This document shows positions 27,286-39,193 of a stretch of DNA of 64,000 bases, one piece after another. The stretch comes from an uncultured Candidatus Saccharibacteria bacterium (lineage in GTDB: Bacteria > Patescibacteriota > Minisyncoccia > Phycocordibacterales > UBA12088), in assembly GCA_964567265.1 (NCBI GenBank), contig CAZMLK010000003.1, positions 7,800-71,799 on the forward strand. The letters are read 5' to 3'. The notes under the pieces were generated by a model. It was given only the letters and a program-made list of their open reading frames with translations, was not told the DNA's origin and did not search any database. How positions within the stretch are numbered: position 1 is the stretch's first letter; each line of letters starts with the position of its first letter. A program made the translations under genes and the position numbers.

Positions 27286-29124
27286 ATGGGGTACATCACG
27301 GCGACCATGAACAGCGTATTCTCCAAGCTCCATATCGGCCGCCGTCTCAAGACACATTCCGTTGCCGTCGTCCTCGCGATTGCCGCAGGAGCGCTCATCG
27401 CGGGTCCGCATGTCTGGTTCATCTGGAGCGCAGGCGACCAGTATCAAGGGATCCAGATGTTCGGCGCGGACGCCGAGACCAATTACTTGACGCGCATCCA
27501 GGAAGCGGCTGAAGGCGGCGACGCGGCGAATCCGTATCTCTTCGAGGAGAAGGGAACGCTTCCATCGTCCTATTTCATCTTGAGCGAGCAGATACTCGCG
27601 ATCCCGACCGTGCTCTTTGGCATCCCGGTCGCGACGATGAACCTGTGGTACAAATTCTTCCTGCCGTTGATTGCATTTCTCCTCGCGTACCTGCTCGCGT
27701 TCCGTGTCACGGGCCGTCGGAGCGCGGGCATCATCGCGGCGTCATTAGGCATCCTCGGGCTCCAGCTCTTCTCAGTCGCCGATATCAAATATTTCCTCGG
27801 CATGGCAGGGCCAGCGTACGAAGTGTTCACCAACTTCGCGAATTACGGCCGCCCGGTGAACCCTGAATTCAGCGGCCTCCTCTTCTTCGTGTACCTCAAC
27901 CTCCTCTGGTCGTTCTGGACGCTCGGCGGTAAGGATTGGGAGCATGTCTGGAAGCGGAAGCTCGCGGTCATCCTCGGCCTCGCCGCCTGCTATGCGGCGA
28001 GCTTCTACGTCTACTTCTACACCTGGACCTTCTTCACCGTCCTCAATGGCCTTTTCTTCCTCGGCCTGCTTGCGCTCCGCCGTGTCCGTGATGCTGTCCA
28101 TGTCGCGTTCGTGACCGCACTCGGATTTCTCGCGGCGATTCCCTATATCCTCAACCTCATCGCGTTCACCTACCATCCGTATTATCGCGACATCTCGAAG
28201 ACATTCGGGTTCATCTTCACGCACTCACCGCGCGCCTCGACCGCAGGCATCGCGACAACGTTCGTGCTCCTTGGTACTGCGTTGTTTGAACGGTTCGCTC
28301 CAGACCATTCGCATTCACCAGACGAAAGGAAAACTCCACTCTTCCTCGCGCTCCTCCTTGGGACCGCATTCATCGTCATCAACCAGCAGGTAATCACCGG
28401 TCGTTTGCTCCAGGAGGGGCACTATCATTGGTATTTCAATACGGCGATCTTCGGGCTCATCCTCGCGTGGGCGGCAACCGTGATCGGAAGACGGATCAGC
28501 TTCAAGTGGTTCATGCCGGTCATCACGGCTGTGGTAGTGCTCCTTGCATTCAGCACCACGATCCAAGTCCAGCGTGTCAGCTACGCCGCGCAGAAGGAAA
28601 CTGCTCTGTCCGATCAGGCGTACGCCCCTTTGTTCGATTGGCTGAATGCGAATGCGGACCCTGAGTCCGTGCTCCTCGCCGATCATCGCATCAGCGAGTG
28701 GGCGCCGGTGTATACCCACGTGAACGTCTATTGGAGCGACTACAATTTCACGTATCTCACGCCGCGCTACCGCGTGATGCACGCGCTCTTCATGTACCTC
28801 TGGCTCTTCGATGTCCCGCTCGAGGCGACGCCGGAAGCCGCATTCCATCCGCCGACCACTGAAGCCGGACCCGAAGCATTTGCGCATCGCGAGACGGCGA
28901 TCCTCCTCGGGAACCATCGCGAATTCATCTACGGCTTCTACCCGGATGGCATGGCGACCTACAATGCCTATTTCCGAAGCATCCCGTTCCTCGAGCGTCT
29001 CAAGGACTACCGGATCGACTATATCGCCATCGACAAGCGCTTCGACAGCGACTGGCTCCGCCTCATCCCGAAGGGAATGACGCCAGTATTCGAGGCGGGC
29101 CCCATCCTCCTCTATCAGCTATAA
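27286..29124 (+). CDS. Polytopic membrane protein, putative GT-C-fold glycosyltransferase (GtrC/ArnT-like); paralog of 30030..31799
   Basis: About 12 predicted TM helices, an N-terminal extracytoplasmic loop with an acidic cluster (GADAE…EAAEGGDAANPY), and a ~200-aa C-terminal soluble domain. The track start at 27097 overlaps the upstream gene. Confidence 0.65.
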   Translation: MGYITATMNSVFSKLHIGRRLKTHSVAVVLAIAAGALIAGPHVWFIWSAGDQYQGIQMFGADAETNYLTRIQEAAEGGDAANPYLFEEKGTLPSSYFILSEQILAIPTVLFGIPVATMNLWYKFFLPLIAFLLAYLLAFRVTGRRSAGIIAASLGILGLQLFSVADIKYFLGMAGPAYEVFTNFANYGRPVNPEFSGLLFFVYLNLLWSFWTLGGKDWEHVWKRKLAVILGLAACYAASFYVYFYTWTFFTVLNGLFFLGLLALRRVRDAVHVAFVTALGFLAAIPYILNLIAFTYHPYYRDISKTFGFIFTHSPRASTAGIATTFVLLGTALFERFAPDHSHSPDERKTPLFLALLLGTAFIVINQQVITGRLLQEGHYHWYFNTAIFGLILAWAATVIGRRISFKWFMPVITAVVVLLAFSTTIQVQRVSYAAQKETALSDQAYAPLFDWLNANADPESVLLADHRISEWAPVYTHVNVYWSDYNFTYLTPRYRVMHALFMYLWLFDVPLEATPEAAFHPPTTEAGPEAFAHRETAILLGNHREFIYGFYPDGMATYNAYFRSIPFLERLKDYRIDYIAIDKRFDSDWLRLIPKGMTPVFEAGPILLYQL

Positions 29125-29128
29125 TCAG

Positions 29129-30052
29129 GTGCACATGGATGAATCGCGCACGCATGCCACGCCCACGGAATGCCCGCTCTGCGAAGCCCGGGCGATTTCG
29201 TTCTGGGCGGACCGCCGAGGGCATGACCTCTACCGCTGCGAGTCCTGCCGCCTTATCTTCGTCTTCCCGATGCCGGCACATCTCGAGGATGTCTACACGG
29301 CCGACTACTTCACGGGCGCGGAGCAGGGGCACGGCTACACCGACTACGAGCGTGAGAAGCAGGCGATGAGCTCCACCTTCGAGGAGTATCTCCGTCGTAT
29401 CCAGATGCGCCTCCCCGCGCCCGCGAAGCTTCTCGATGTCGGCGCCGCAACCGGTACCTTTATCGAGCTCGCTTCAAAAGCCGGCTATGCTGCTGAGGGC
29501 GTAGAGCTCTCGCCCTACGCCGCCGAGGCTGCACGGAAGAAAGGCCTCCGTGTCGTCACTGGACGGCTCGAGGATGGCGACTATGCGCCCGGGTCATTCG
29601 ATGTGATCACGCTCTTCGATGTCTTCGAGCATGTCACCGATCCGAAAGGAATCCTGGACTCGGCGAAGCGGCTCCTCCGTCCGGGCGGCATTCTGGTGGT
29701 AAACACCGTGGATGCGGAGAGTCTCTACGCGCGCATGCTCGGGAAATATTGGCATCTCATCGTCCCGCCCGAACACCTCCTCTATTTCAGCGTCAGCAAC
29801 TTTTCATCCTTCGTCACGAGGAACGGATTCACGGTGCGGGAGACGGCGAAGATCGGGAAGTCATTCCCGTTCCCGTACGTGCTCTCAACCGGCGCGCGCT
29901 GGGTACAGCTGCCGTTCCTCGAGCGGATCGCACGGCGTGCGTCGAAGACCTTCCTCCAGCGCATCAAGCTTCCGATACATTTCCGCGACCTCTTCTTTAT
30001 GATCGCCGAGAAGGATGCGGTAACGAACGATGGCAATGGAACCCACTCCTAA
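29129..30052 (+). CDS. Class I SAM-dependent methyltransferase with N-terminal C4 zinc-ribbon
   Basis: CPLC…CESC zinc-binding pairs; LLDVGAATGTF motif I; LRPGGILVV. Confidence 0.8.
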   Translation: MHMDESRTHATPTECPLCEARAISFWADRRGHDLYRCESCRLIFVFPMPAHLEDVYTADYFTGAEQGHGYTDYEREKQAMSSTFEEYLRRIQMRLPAPAKLLDVGAATGTFIELASKAGYAAEGVELSPYAAEAARKKGLRVVTGRLEDGDYAPGSFDVITLFDVFEHVTDPKGILDSAKRLLRPGGILVVNTVDAESLYARMLGKYWHLIVPPEHLLYFSVSNFSSFVTRNGFTVRETAKIGKSFPFPYVLSTGARWVQLPFLERIARRASKTFLQRIKLPIHFRDLFFMIAEKDAVTNDGNGTHS

Positions 30053-31799
30053 GCGGATCACGTTTTTCCTTGCAGTTCTCCTTCTGTCTGCAAGCGCGGC
30101 ATTCGCGTTCTTTCCCGCGTATCTGGTGAGCGAACGGGTGGGTGAGCAGTGGCAGGGCGTCCCGCCTGAGTTCGTGACCGACAGCCTCTACTATTACGCG
30201 CAGATGCGCGAAGTCGCGGACGGCCATCCCTTGATCGGGAACCCGTATTTCTTCGAGCATCGGGACGGCGTCGCGCCCGCCTTTTTCATACCAGTTGATA
30301 TCGCCGCGCTCCCGCTCATGCTCGGGATCCCGCTTTCGTTCACCATCGTTTTCAATATTTTTTTCTGGAGCGCAGTCTTCCTGTATCTCTCATACCAGCT
30401 CCTTCGAGTGCTTGAGCTCCCGCGGATCGTTGGCCTGCTCGGATCCTTGCTGATGTACCTCGGCTCGTACATGTTCATGGTGCGGCCGGTCGCGATGCAG
30501 ATCATTTTCCCGGCATTCCTATTCTTCCTCTTGGCGCTCCTCAGGTGGATCCGGAATCCGAACCGAACGAACAGTGTCTGGCTCGCGGTCGCGGTCGGTC
30601 TCGCGCCCTATACGTACACGTACCTCGCCTACATTGTCGTCTTTGCTATGGTAGGCGCATTCTTGTGGTATCTGCAGAACCGGCGCATGCACGAGGTGCG
30701 GATGCTGATCGGCGTCGGTGTGGGTGCGCTCGCGCTTGCTGTTCCGTACATCAAGTGGACGCTCCTTCCGCAGATCCTCCATCCGGAGTATTCAGAGACC
30801 GCGACGAGAATCGGTCTCGTCTTCACGCGGATTCCGGCGAATGAGTTCTTCTATTACGGCAGGTGGGTCGTCCTCGTCCTCATTGTGGTCGCGCTCCTTC
30901 GGTTCGGGGAAGGAAGGATCCGTGAGGTCACGAACGCACCCCTTGCGCATTTCTTCCTTTTCTCCGGCTTCGGTCTCCTTGCGGCAGCGGGCAGCAATAT
31001 CCTGACTGGTACCGAGCTTTCGCTCGCGATCCATATCGGGCGTTTCATCCTCCTCTGGTTCGCGCTTTCGCTTGCATATCTTGCCACCTTCTGGTTCCGC
31101 GAGCGCGCGACGTGGTATTCGCCGAACAGCCTTGCGGCGCTGATCCTCATCCTCATCGGCATGGCCAGTTTGGTCCGGAACGTGCCCCGCTCGCTCGCGT
31201 TCCGAACGCCCGATCCGACAGTCACGAGCGCGCTTGAAATCCAGTCGTACGCCGAGCCGCTCCGCTGGCTCGCGGTAAATGCGCCCGGAGATTCTGTCGT
31301 GTGGAGCAATGATGAGCTCGCGGCGTACGTTCCCATCCTCACGCCGGACTACGTCCTCTTCGCGCAGGCGGGGAATCTACAGCTCGCGTCGGATGCGGAG
31401 ATCAGCGATCGTTACCTGCTTTCGCGCATGGGTATGACCACGAAGGAATCGCTGGTCCGTGATCTTGCGAAGTACAGCGGCGCGGGACTCGGGAAGGAAC
31501 AGCCGATCGCACAGAATCGCGAGGTTGCCTGGTGTACGCGCCTCCACGCACTCTTTCCCGGAAAGGTCTGCGGCACGCCGACGGATGGCGAGACGCTTGC
31601 AGGTGACGCGTATTTCACTGAGCTCAGTGTCCGCGCCGACTACCTCATGATGCATCGAGCTGAGATGTTGAACGGTTTCAAGGTGCGCTACCTGCTTCTT
31701 GATACAAAAAATGACCCTCCGTTCGAGACGTTCGGGCTCAGGGGTGACATTCTTTTTGAAAACGGGCGTTTCCGGATCTATGGCCTCAATTTTGAATAA
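30030..31799 (+). CDS. Polytopic membrane protein, putative GT-C-fold glycosyltransferase; paralog of 27286..29124
   Basis: Same architecture as its paralog, with conserved N-terminal loop motifs (YYYAQMREVADGHPLIGNPYFFE vs YLTRIQEAAEGGDAANPYLFE). Confidence 0.65.
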   Translation: MAMEPTPKRITFFLAVLLLSASAAFAFFPAYLVSERVGEQWQGVPPEFVTDSLYYYAQMREVADGHPLIGNPYFFEHRDGVAPAFFIPVDIAALPLMLGIPLSFTIVFNIFFWSAVFLYLSYQLLRVLELPRIVGLLGSLLMYLGSYMFMVRPVAMQIIFPAFLFFLLALLRWIRNPNRTNSVWLAVAVGLAPYTYTYLAYIVVFAMVGAFLWYLQNRRMHEVRMLIGVGVGALALAVPYIKWTLLPQILHPEYSETATRIGLVFTRIPANEFFYYGRWVVLVLIVVALLRFGEGRIREVTNAPLAHFFLFSGFGLLAAAGSNILTGTELSLAIHIGRFILLWFALSLAYLATFWFRERATWYSPNSLAALILILIGMASLVRNVPRSLAFRTPDPTVTSALEIQSYAEPLRWLAVNAPGDSVVWSNDELAAYVPILTPDYVLFAQAGNLQLASDAEISDRYLLSRMGMTTKESLVRDLAKYSGAGLGKEQPIAQNREVAWCTRLHALFPGKVCGTPTDGETLAGDAYFTELSVRADYLMMHRAEMLNGFKVRYLLLDTKNDPPFETFGLRGDILFENGRFRIYGLNFE

Positions 31800-32518
31800 C
31801 GGAGCCGAAGCTTGATCGGCATCAGGAGCCCTTCGTAGATGTAGCGGTGGAGGCCGCTCGAGATCTTCGAGTAGCCGTTCTCGCGATTTTTAAAAGTGAT
31901 CGGGACTTCGACGATGCGTGCGCCGACATGATGCGCGATCAGCTTCATTTCCATCTGGAAGGCAAAGCCGGTCGCCGCGACATTCTGGAATGCAGGGTGA
32001 CGGAGGAGCGAGGTCCGGAAGCACTGGAAGCCGGCCGTGAGGTCGCGGATATTCGTGCCGGATGCGAACGTTGCGTATATATTGCCGGCCTTGCTGAGAA
32101 GGATGCGTGAAGCGGGCCAGTTCTCGAGGTGTCCGCCAGGCACGTAGCGAGAGCCGATAATCAGGTCTGCGCGCTCCGCAGCAGAAAGCATCGTGCCGAT
32201 TACGTACGGGTCGTGCGAGAAATCAGAGTCCATCGTGATGATTGCCTCCGTGTCGGGCTCCGTTTCAAGAATGTGCGCGATCGCTTCGAGATACGCGCTC
32301 GCGAGGCCGAGCTTGCCGGCACGACTCCGGAGCGTGACCGTTGGATACGTGGCGGCAAGCTCGGCCACCAGCGTCCCCGTGCCGTCCGGAGAATTGTCGT
32401 CGACGACGAGGATGCGGAGGTCGGGATACAGCTTCACGACGCGCTCGACAAGGCGTCCGATGTTTTCCCGTTCGTTGTAGGTGGGGATGACGACGTATGC
32501 CTTCGTCAGTGGTTTCAT
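31778..32518 (-). CDS. GT2 polyprenol-monophosphate sugar synthase (dolichol/undecaprenol-phosphate mannosyltransferase-like)
   Basis: YVVIPTYNEREN, LVVDDNSPDGT, DSDFSHDP (DxD-containing) – classic DPM1/Ppm1 motifs. 246 aa. Confidence 0.85.
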   Translation of the reverse strand: MKPLTKAYVVIPTYNERENIGRLVERVVKLYPDLRILVVDDNSPDGTGTLVAELAATYPTVTLRSRAGKLGLASAYLEAIAHILETEPDTEAIITMDSDFSHDPYVIGTMLSAAERADLIIGSRYVPGGHLENWPASRILLSKAGNIYATFASGTNIRDLTAGFQCFRTSLLRHPAFQNVAATGFAFQMEMKLIAHHVGARIVEVPITFKNRENGYSKISSGLHRYIYEGLLMPIKLRLRYSKLRP

Positions 32519-33174
32519 TTGCGGAGTTCGAGGATGGCGATACCGAGCGGCAGTGGCTGGAGGAGGAACGCGCGCGCGTTCGGCGTGACCTGCTTGCCAA
32601 TCGTGACCAGCATTTTTTTGTTATAGAACACCTGGTCGGTCCACGGCCAGAAGCGACGGAGCATCTGCGGACGCGTGAGCTTGTACCAGATGTGATGGTA
32701 GGAGTAGCGATAGGGAACGCTGATGAGTGCTACGCCTCCCGGCTTCAGCGCCTTGTAGTGGCTCTTCGCGATATCAACCGGATTCTGGAAATGCTCCATG
32801 AGTCCTTGGCTCCAGACGATGTCGTATTCCGGCTCGAACGGATAGGTAAGGCAGTCGCCGAGCACGAACGTGGCATTGCCGATGCCGGAGGTCTTCACGA
32901 GTGATTCGGAGAGCTCGATCGACGCCGGCGTGATATCAAGGCCGACGACTTCCTTCACGCGCGGCGCGATCGCCATGAGGAGGGAGGAGGTGCCGCAGCC
33001 GAGCTCGAGGAAGCGGGATGAGGTCGAAAGATACCGGCGGAACATCCGGAGGAAGAAGTAGTTATAAATATGGCGGCCGAAGTTGATAAGGCGAGTCGTG
33101 AATCCTTGGCGGACCCAGATGCGCTGCCATTCGCGTTCCTGATCGAGTTTTCGAATTTCCATGTACCTTCGCAT
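32515..33174 (-). CDS. Class I SAM-dependent methyltransferase
   Basis: FLELGCGTSSL motif I and LKPGGVALISVP. The start is ambiguous: TTG 33207, ATG 33174, or ATG 33162 (the last has GAAGG 3 nt upstream). Confidence 0.65.
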   Translation of the reverse strand: MRRYMEIRKLDQEREWQRIWVRQGFTTRLINFGRHIYNYFFLRMFRRYLSTSSRFLELGCGTSSLLMAIAPRVKEVVGLDITPASIELSESLVKTSGIGNATFVLGDCLTYPFEPEYDIVWSQGLMEHFQNPVDIAKSHYKALKPGGVALISVPYRYSYHHIWYKLTRPQMLRRFWPWTDQVFYNKKMLVTIGKQVTPNARAFLLQPLPLGIAILELRK

Positions 33175-33322
33175 ACTAGCAACGTGGCCCGTCCGAGGCA
33201 ACCGCAAACGGTGCGAGGTGTGGGACAGCGCGGAGCGGAATCCGCCTAAAAATTAGAAAACACTGTTTGCGGTGCGGCAATGCCCTTGAAACGGCCCTGG
33301 AACGGTATATTACCTACAACAC

Positions 33323-35149
<1,827 letters not shown>

Positions 35150-35175
35150 ATCGGGGAAGTGCTATCATTCACTGT

Positions 35176-36399
35176 ATGAGAATCCTGGTCGTGACGCCCC
35201 CGTATCATCAGAAAAGCACCGGAGCGGCGGAGCACGACATCATCGCGACCGTACGGTTGTTGAAGCAGCTCGGGCATACCGTCTCGGTCGCGGTACTCCA
35301 TCCGTCTTACTATGATTCTGCACGTGCCCTCGAACTCCTTGGTGGCGATATTTCGGTATTCACCTACGCATCGAAGGAAAACGGTTTCGCGAGCTGGCTG
35401 GCCGCATCACTCCGAACTCCTGCACTCCTCGATCGCGCCGCGTACAGCTTCGCGCTCATGGTCAATGACGCCGGTTTCCAGGCCTTCTTCAAGGATTCGA
35501 ATCCCGACGTCGTGATGTCGTGGTGCTCGTATTCCTGGCCTGCGCTCGCGTATGCGCGCGAACGGAAGGTCGCGACCGTGTTCCGTTCCCACAATTTCGA
35601 GCCGAGCTTCTTTTATGAGGCGCTCAGCTCCATCCAGAAATGGTCGCCGGCCAATTGGATCCGCCGCATCGCGAAGTCGCTGGGGGAGCGGAAGGCCGCC
35701 CGTCTTGGCGACTCAATCGCGACGATCCCATTCGCGGAATCCGATTTGTATCGGAAATGGCGGAATCCAAGTGACGTATTCACGCTCACGCTCACCTTCC
35801 TCGGCAATCGGCTGAAGACGCCGTTCGTGCACCGGGGAAAGAAACCGCTCGATGTCTTCTATCTGGGGGCCAACTACAATGTCGCGTTCCATCTGCGCGG
35901 CGTCGAGATGATCATCAATGAGATCGCGCCCGCGGTCCTCCGAAAAGCTCCGGGTCACTATCGGTTCCACATCTGCGGGTCGAAGCTGCCCGAGGCGCTC
36001 GTGGCGAAATGCGACGGAACGGACCTCATCTACGAAGGCTACGTCGAGGACTTCGATGCGTTCATGGAGAGAATGGATATCGGCGCGTTCCCGGTCCGCA
36101 CAGGGAAGTCGATGAAAGGGAAAGTCTTCGAGACGATCTCGCGCGCATTCCCCGTCGTGATCGCTCCCAATTGCCTCGGCGGATACGACATCACGAACGG
36201 CGTGGAAGCGCTCATTGCTGACACGTCGAGCGAATTCGTCTCCTCCATCCTCTCCTTGCAGGATGACACGCTCCGGCAGAAATTGTCAGAAGGCGCGGCC
36301 GCATTCGCGGCACGGGAATTCGGCACCGAGAGCGTCCTTGAGATCATTACCAAGTCACTCGAGCGCGCGCGGGCCAACCACGCTGCGCATCATTCATAA
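35176..36399 (+). CDS. Glycosyltransferase-like protein (GT-B fold, divergent GT4-like)
   Basis: MRILVVTPPYHQKSTGAAEHD N-terminus, similar to GT4 starts elsewhere in the locus. The C-terminal half is less conserved. Confidence 0.6.
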   Translation: MRILVVTPPYHQKSTGAAEHDIIATVRLLKQLGHTVSVAVLHPSYYDSARALELLGGDISVFTYASKENGFASWLAASLRTPALLDRAAYSFALMVNDAGFQAFFKDSNPDVVMSWCSYSWPALAYARERKVATVFRSHNFEPSFFYEALSSIQKWSPANWIRRIAKSLGERKAARLGDSIATIPFAESDLYRKWRNPSDVFTLTLTFLGNRLKTPFVHRGKKPLDVFYLGANYNVAFHLRGVEMIINEIAPAVLRKAPGHYRFHICGSKLPEALVAKCDGTDLIYEGYVEDFDAFMERMDIGAFPVRTGKSMKGKVFETISRAFPVVIAPNCLGGYDITNGVEALIADTSSEFVSSILSLQDDTLRQKLSEGAAAFAAREFGTESVLEIITKSLERARANHAAHHS

Positions 36400-36404
36400 A
36401 TCAT

Positions 36405-37016
36405 ATGGCACGCGCGCACTGGGAGGAATTCATGGAGGACCGGCTGTTCCGCATCTTTCGCGAGAATAGCGAGGTTATCGATATCGGCGGGAGCCTCCGC
36501 ATCCGCGGCAACTGGGTGACGCATGACTATGATTGGCTGAAGCCTGCAGTCGAGAAGGTGACCTACAAGATCCTCGATCCGGTCCCGGATTTCAATCCCG
36601 ATATCGTCGGCGATATCCATGCGCTCCCGTTCCCCGACAACGCGGTCTCCGCCTTCCTCTGTATCGCGGTCATGGAGCATATCGAGAATCCGTACCAGGC
36701 GGCGAAGGAGCTGTATCGCACACTGAAGCCTGGAGGCATGTGCTATGTGTATGTCCCGTTCCTCTATCCGTATCACGCTGAGCGCGGCTACTATGGTGAC
36801 TTCTGGCGCTACACCGAGGAGGCACTCAGGCATATCTTCAAGGATTTCAAGACCATCGAGATCGTGAATGTGCGCGGCGCGCTCGAGACCTGGATCTATC
36901 TCTCGCCGTTCCGGGCAATTCCTGGAATCCAGAAGCTCTCGCGGCTTCTCGATCGCTGGCTCGGGAAAAGCCACAGCAAGCAGACCAGCGGCTACCAAGT
37001 GTTTCTCATCAAGTAG
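36405..37016 (+). CDS. Class I SAM-dependent methyltransferase (Methyltransf_11-like)
   Basis: VIDIGGS, LKPGGMCYVYVP. 203 aa. The long antisense ORF 36390..37805 is rejected. Confidence 0.75.
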   Translation: MARAHWEEFMEDRLFRIFRENSEVIDIGGSLRIRGNWVTHDYDWLKPAVEKVTYKILDPVPDFNPDIVGDIHALPFPDNAVSAFLCIAVMEHIENPYQAAKELYRTLKPGGMCYVYVPFLYPYHAERGYYGDFWRYTEEALRHIFKDFKTIEIVNVRGALETWIYLSPFRAIPGIQKLSRLLDRWLGKSHSKQTSGYQVFLIK

Positions 37017-37025
37017 GAAAAACGA

Positions 37026-38132
37026 ATGCGCATCCTCTATCTCGCGAATATCCGCATGCCGACCGAGCGTGCCCACGGCACGCAGATCATGAAGACCTGC
37101 GAGGCATTCGCGCGCGCGGGGAATGCAGTCACGCTCGCGGTCCCGACACGCTGGACGCATCTTCCCGATGAGCCCTTCGCATACTACGGGATCGAGAGGA
37201 GTGCGTTCTCGCTCGCACGCCTCCCGGTCATCGATACCGTTTCCATGGGGAAGATCGGCTTCCTCTTCGAGCAGCTCACGTTCGCGAAGTGCGCGTTCTG
37301 GTATGCGCTCTTCAGGAAAGATGATCTCGTCTATTCGCGCGACACCATCCCGCTTTTCTATATCTCGCTGGCGAAGCGAAATTTCGTATACGAAGCGCAT
37401 CTTCCACGGTGGAGCTGGCACGTCGCATTCCTCGCGCGCCGGGCCCGGAAGATCGTCGTCATCTCGGAAGGGCTCAAGGAGTGGTACGTCGAGCGCGGGA
37501 TTCCTGCTGAAAGAATTGTGGTCGCGCATGACGCGTATGATCCGGCCGCTTTTTCGACTACCGTCGAAAAAGCGGCCGTCCGCGCGCGCCTCAACCTTCC
37601 CGAGGACGTCTTCATTCCGATGTACATCGGCTCCTTGGAAGCATGGAAAGGGTACCGCACCTTTCTTGATGCAGCCGCACTCACACCAGGCGCACTCTTC
37701 ACGGTCATCGGCGGCAAGGAATCCGAAATTGAAAAGTTGAAAGCCGAATATCCAAGCGTCCGCTTTCTCGGGCAGCAGCCGTACCGTGATCTTCCCGAAA
37801 ACCAACAGGCAGCGGATGTGCTCGTGATCCCGAATACGGCGAAGGATCTCCTGTCATCCCGCTTTACCTCGCCGCTCAAGGTGTTCGCGCACATGGCTTC
37901 CGGCGTGCCGATCGTTGCGTCGGATGTGCCAAGCATCCGCGAGATTCTTTCGGAAGAGACCGCACTCTTTGTAGCTCCCGATGACCCGACCAGTCTTGCG
38001 GAGGGGATTCGGAAGGTTGAGCTGGATGCGCTCGCGCCGTTGGAGCGCGCCTCCCGCGCACGCGAAGCCGTGCTCGCCTACTCTTGGAGCGCGCGCGCCA
38101 AGCTGATTCTCGATGCCGTCCGGCATTCCTGA
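37026..38132 (+). CDS. Glycosyltransferase, GT4 family
   Basis: MRILYLANIRMPTERAHGTQI start and ASGVPIVASDVPSIREIL. 368 aa. Confidence 0.85.
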   Translation: MRILYLANIRMPTERAHGTQIMKTCEAFARAGNAVTLAVPTRWTHLPDEPFAYYGIERSAFSLARLPVIDTVSMGKIGFLFEQLTFAKCAFWYALFRKDDLVYSRDTIPLFYISLAKRNFVYEAHLPRWSWHVAFLARRARKIVVISEGLKEWYVERGIPAERIVVAHDAYDPAAFSTTVEKAAVRARLNLPEDVFIPMYIGSLEAWKGYRTFLDAAALTPGALFTVIGGKESEIEKLKAEYPSVRFLGQQPYRDLPENQQAADVLVIPNTAKDLLSSRFTSPLKVFAHMASGVPIVASDVPSIREILSEETALFVAPDDPTSLAEGIRKVELDALAPLERASRAREAVLAYSWSARAKLILDAVRHS

Positions 38133-38182
38133 ATAATTGGAGAGGATAGGGTATGATACACAAATCCGCATAAGCATTCCGC

Positions 38183-39151
38183 ATGGAACCTAGAGAAAAA
38201 ATCGTCATCGTCGGATTCGGCTGGGTGGGCCAGGCCAATGGCCTCGCGCTTGCCTCCATGGGCTACGCGGTCTCGTTCTATGACCCGATGCCGCCGAAGT
38301 TCCACTATGAGCACTCCCATGGCGAGCTCTACCGGCGCATCGAATCGCTGGCGTCCATGCTTGCGAAGGACAGCCCTGATACCTGGTACATCGTCTCGGT
38401 CGGCGATCGGGTCGCTGAGGATGGCGTCCAGGATATTTCCCTTATCGAGAAAGCGCTCGACTCGTTGAAGGAAGCAAAAGGCCACGTGATTCTCCGCTCG
38501 ACCGTGATTCCGTCCTCGCTCGAAAAGCTCCACTTCGATTTTTACGTTCCTGAATTTCTCCACGAGAAGAAGGCGGTCGAGGAATGCATCATCCCGTACT
38601 ACTTCGTCGTCGGACGGAAGAACGCGTCGCTCACGGAGCCGAGCTTCTTCGCCACCTGGGAATCAAAAGCGCTCCGCACGTTCCGCGGCACGCCGAAAGA
38701 AGCATCGCATATCAAATATCTGTCGAATCTCTGGAACACGGTTCGCATCGCATTCGTGAACGAATTCGGGAGCACGATCGCTGATCCGATGACCAAGGAA
38801 GGGGTCGCAGAGATCGAGCGCGTCACCCGGTTTCTCTTCGAGGACAAGCCCTACCTCCGGTACGGACGCTCGTTCGGGGGACATTGCCTTCCGAAAGACA
38901 CCCGTGCATACTTGCATTTTGCGGAAGGAGAAGGGAAACCGGCGCCGATACTCCGGAGCTTGCTTGAGGCAAACAAAGTCCACCAGGCGATCGAGAAAGA
39001 GAATCCGCATCTCACCGAATGGTTCTCCGAGTGGCAGCGCCCCGCGCTCTCAGGATGGGTGGCGCTCCAGTCGCTCATCGGTTCCCTCAAGCGGAACGCG
39101 CTCCGGCCCTTTTCAGCAATTGCACGCCACCGAATCGCTAAGCGGCCATAG
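38183..39151 (+). CDS. Short nucleotide-sugar dehydrogenase-family protein (UDP-glucose/GDP-mannose dehydrogenase-like); paralog of 20597..21430
   Basis: IVIVGFGWVGQANG and the GGHCLPKD catalytic motif. 322 aa. Confidence 0.7.
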   Translation: MEPREKIVIVGFGWVGQANGLALASMGYAVSFYDPMPPKFHYEHSHGELYRRIESLASMLAKDSPDTWYIVSVGDRVAEDGVQDISLIEKALDSLKEAKGHVILRSTVIPSSLEKLHFDFYVPEFLHEKKAVEECIIPYYFVVGRKNASLTEPSFFATWESKALRTFRGTPKEASHIKYLSNLWNTVRIAFVNEFGSTIADPMTKEGVAEIERVTRFLFEDKPYLRYGRSFGGHCLPKDTRAYLHFAEGEGKPAPILRSLLEANKVHQAIEKENPHLTEWFSEWQRPALSGWVALQSLIGSLKRNALRPFSAIARHRIAKRP

Positions 39152-39193
39152 GGAATCAGAAACTTCGGTCGTCTTCTCACTGTTCCAACACAT

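Noticed and set aside
36390-37805. 471-aa minus-strand ORF
   Set aside because: Antisense to a methyltransferase and a GT4 gene that carry clear catalytic motifs. Its composition is Arg/Asp/Glu-rich low complexity, typical of a high-GC antisense frame.
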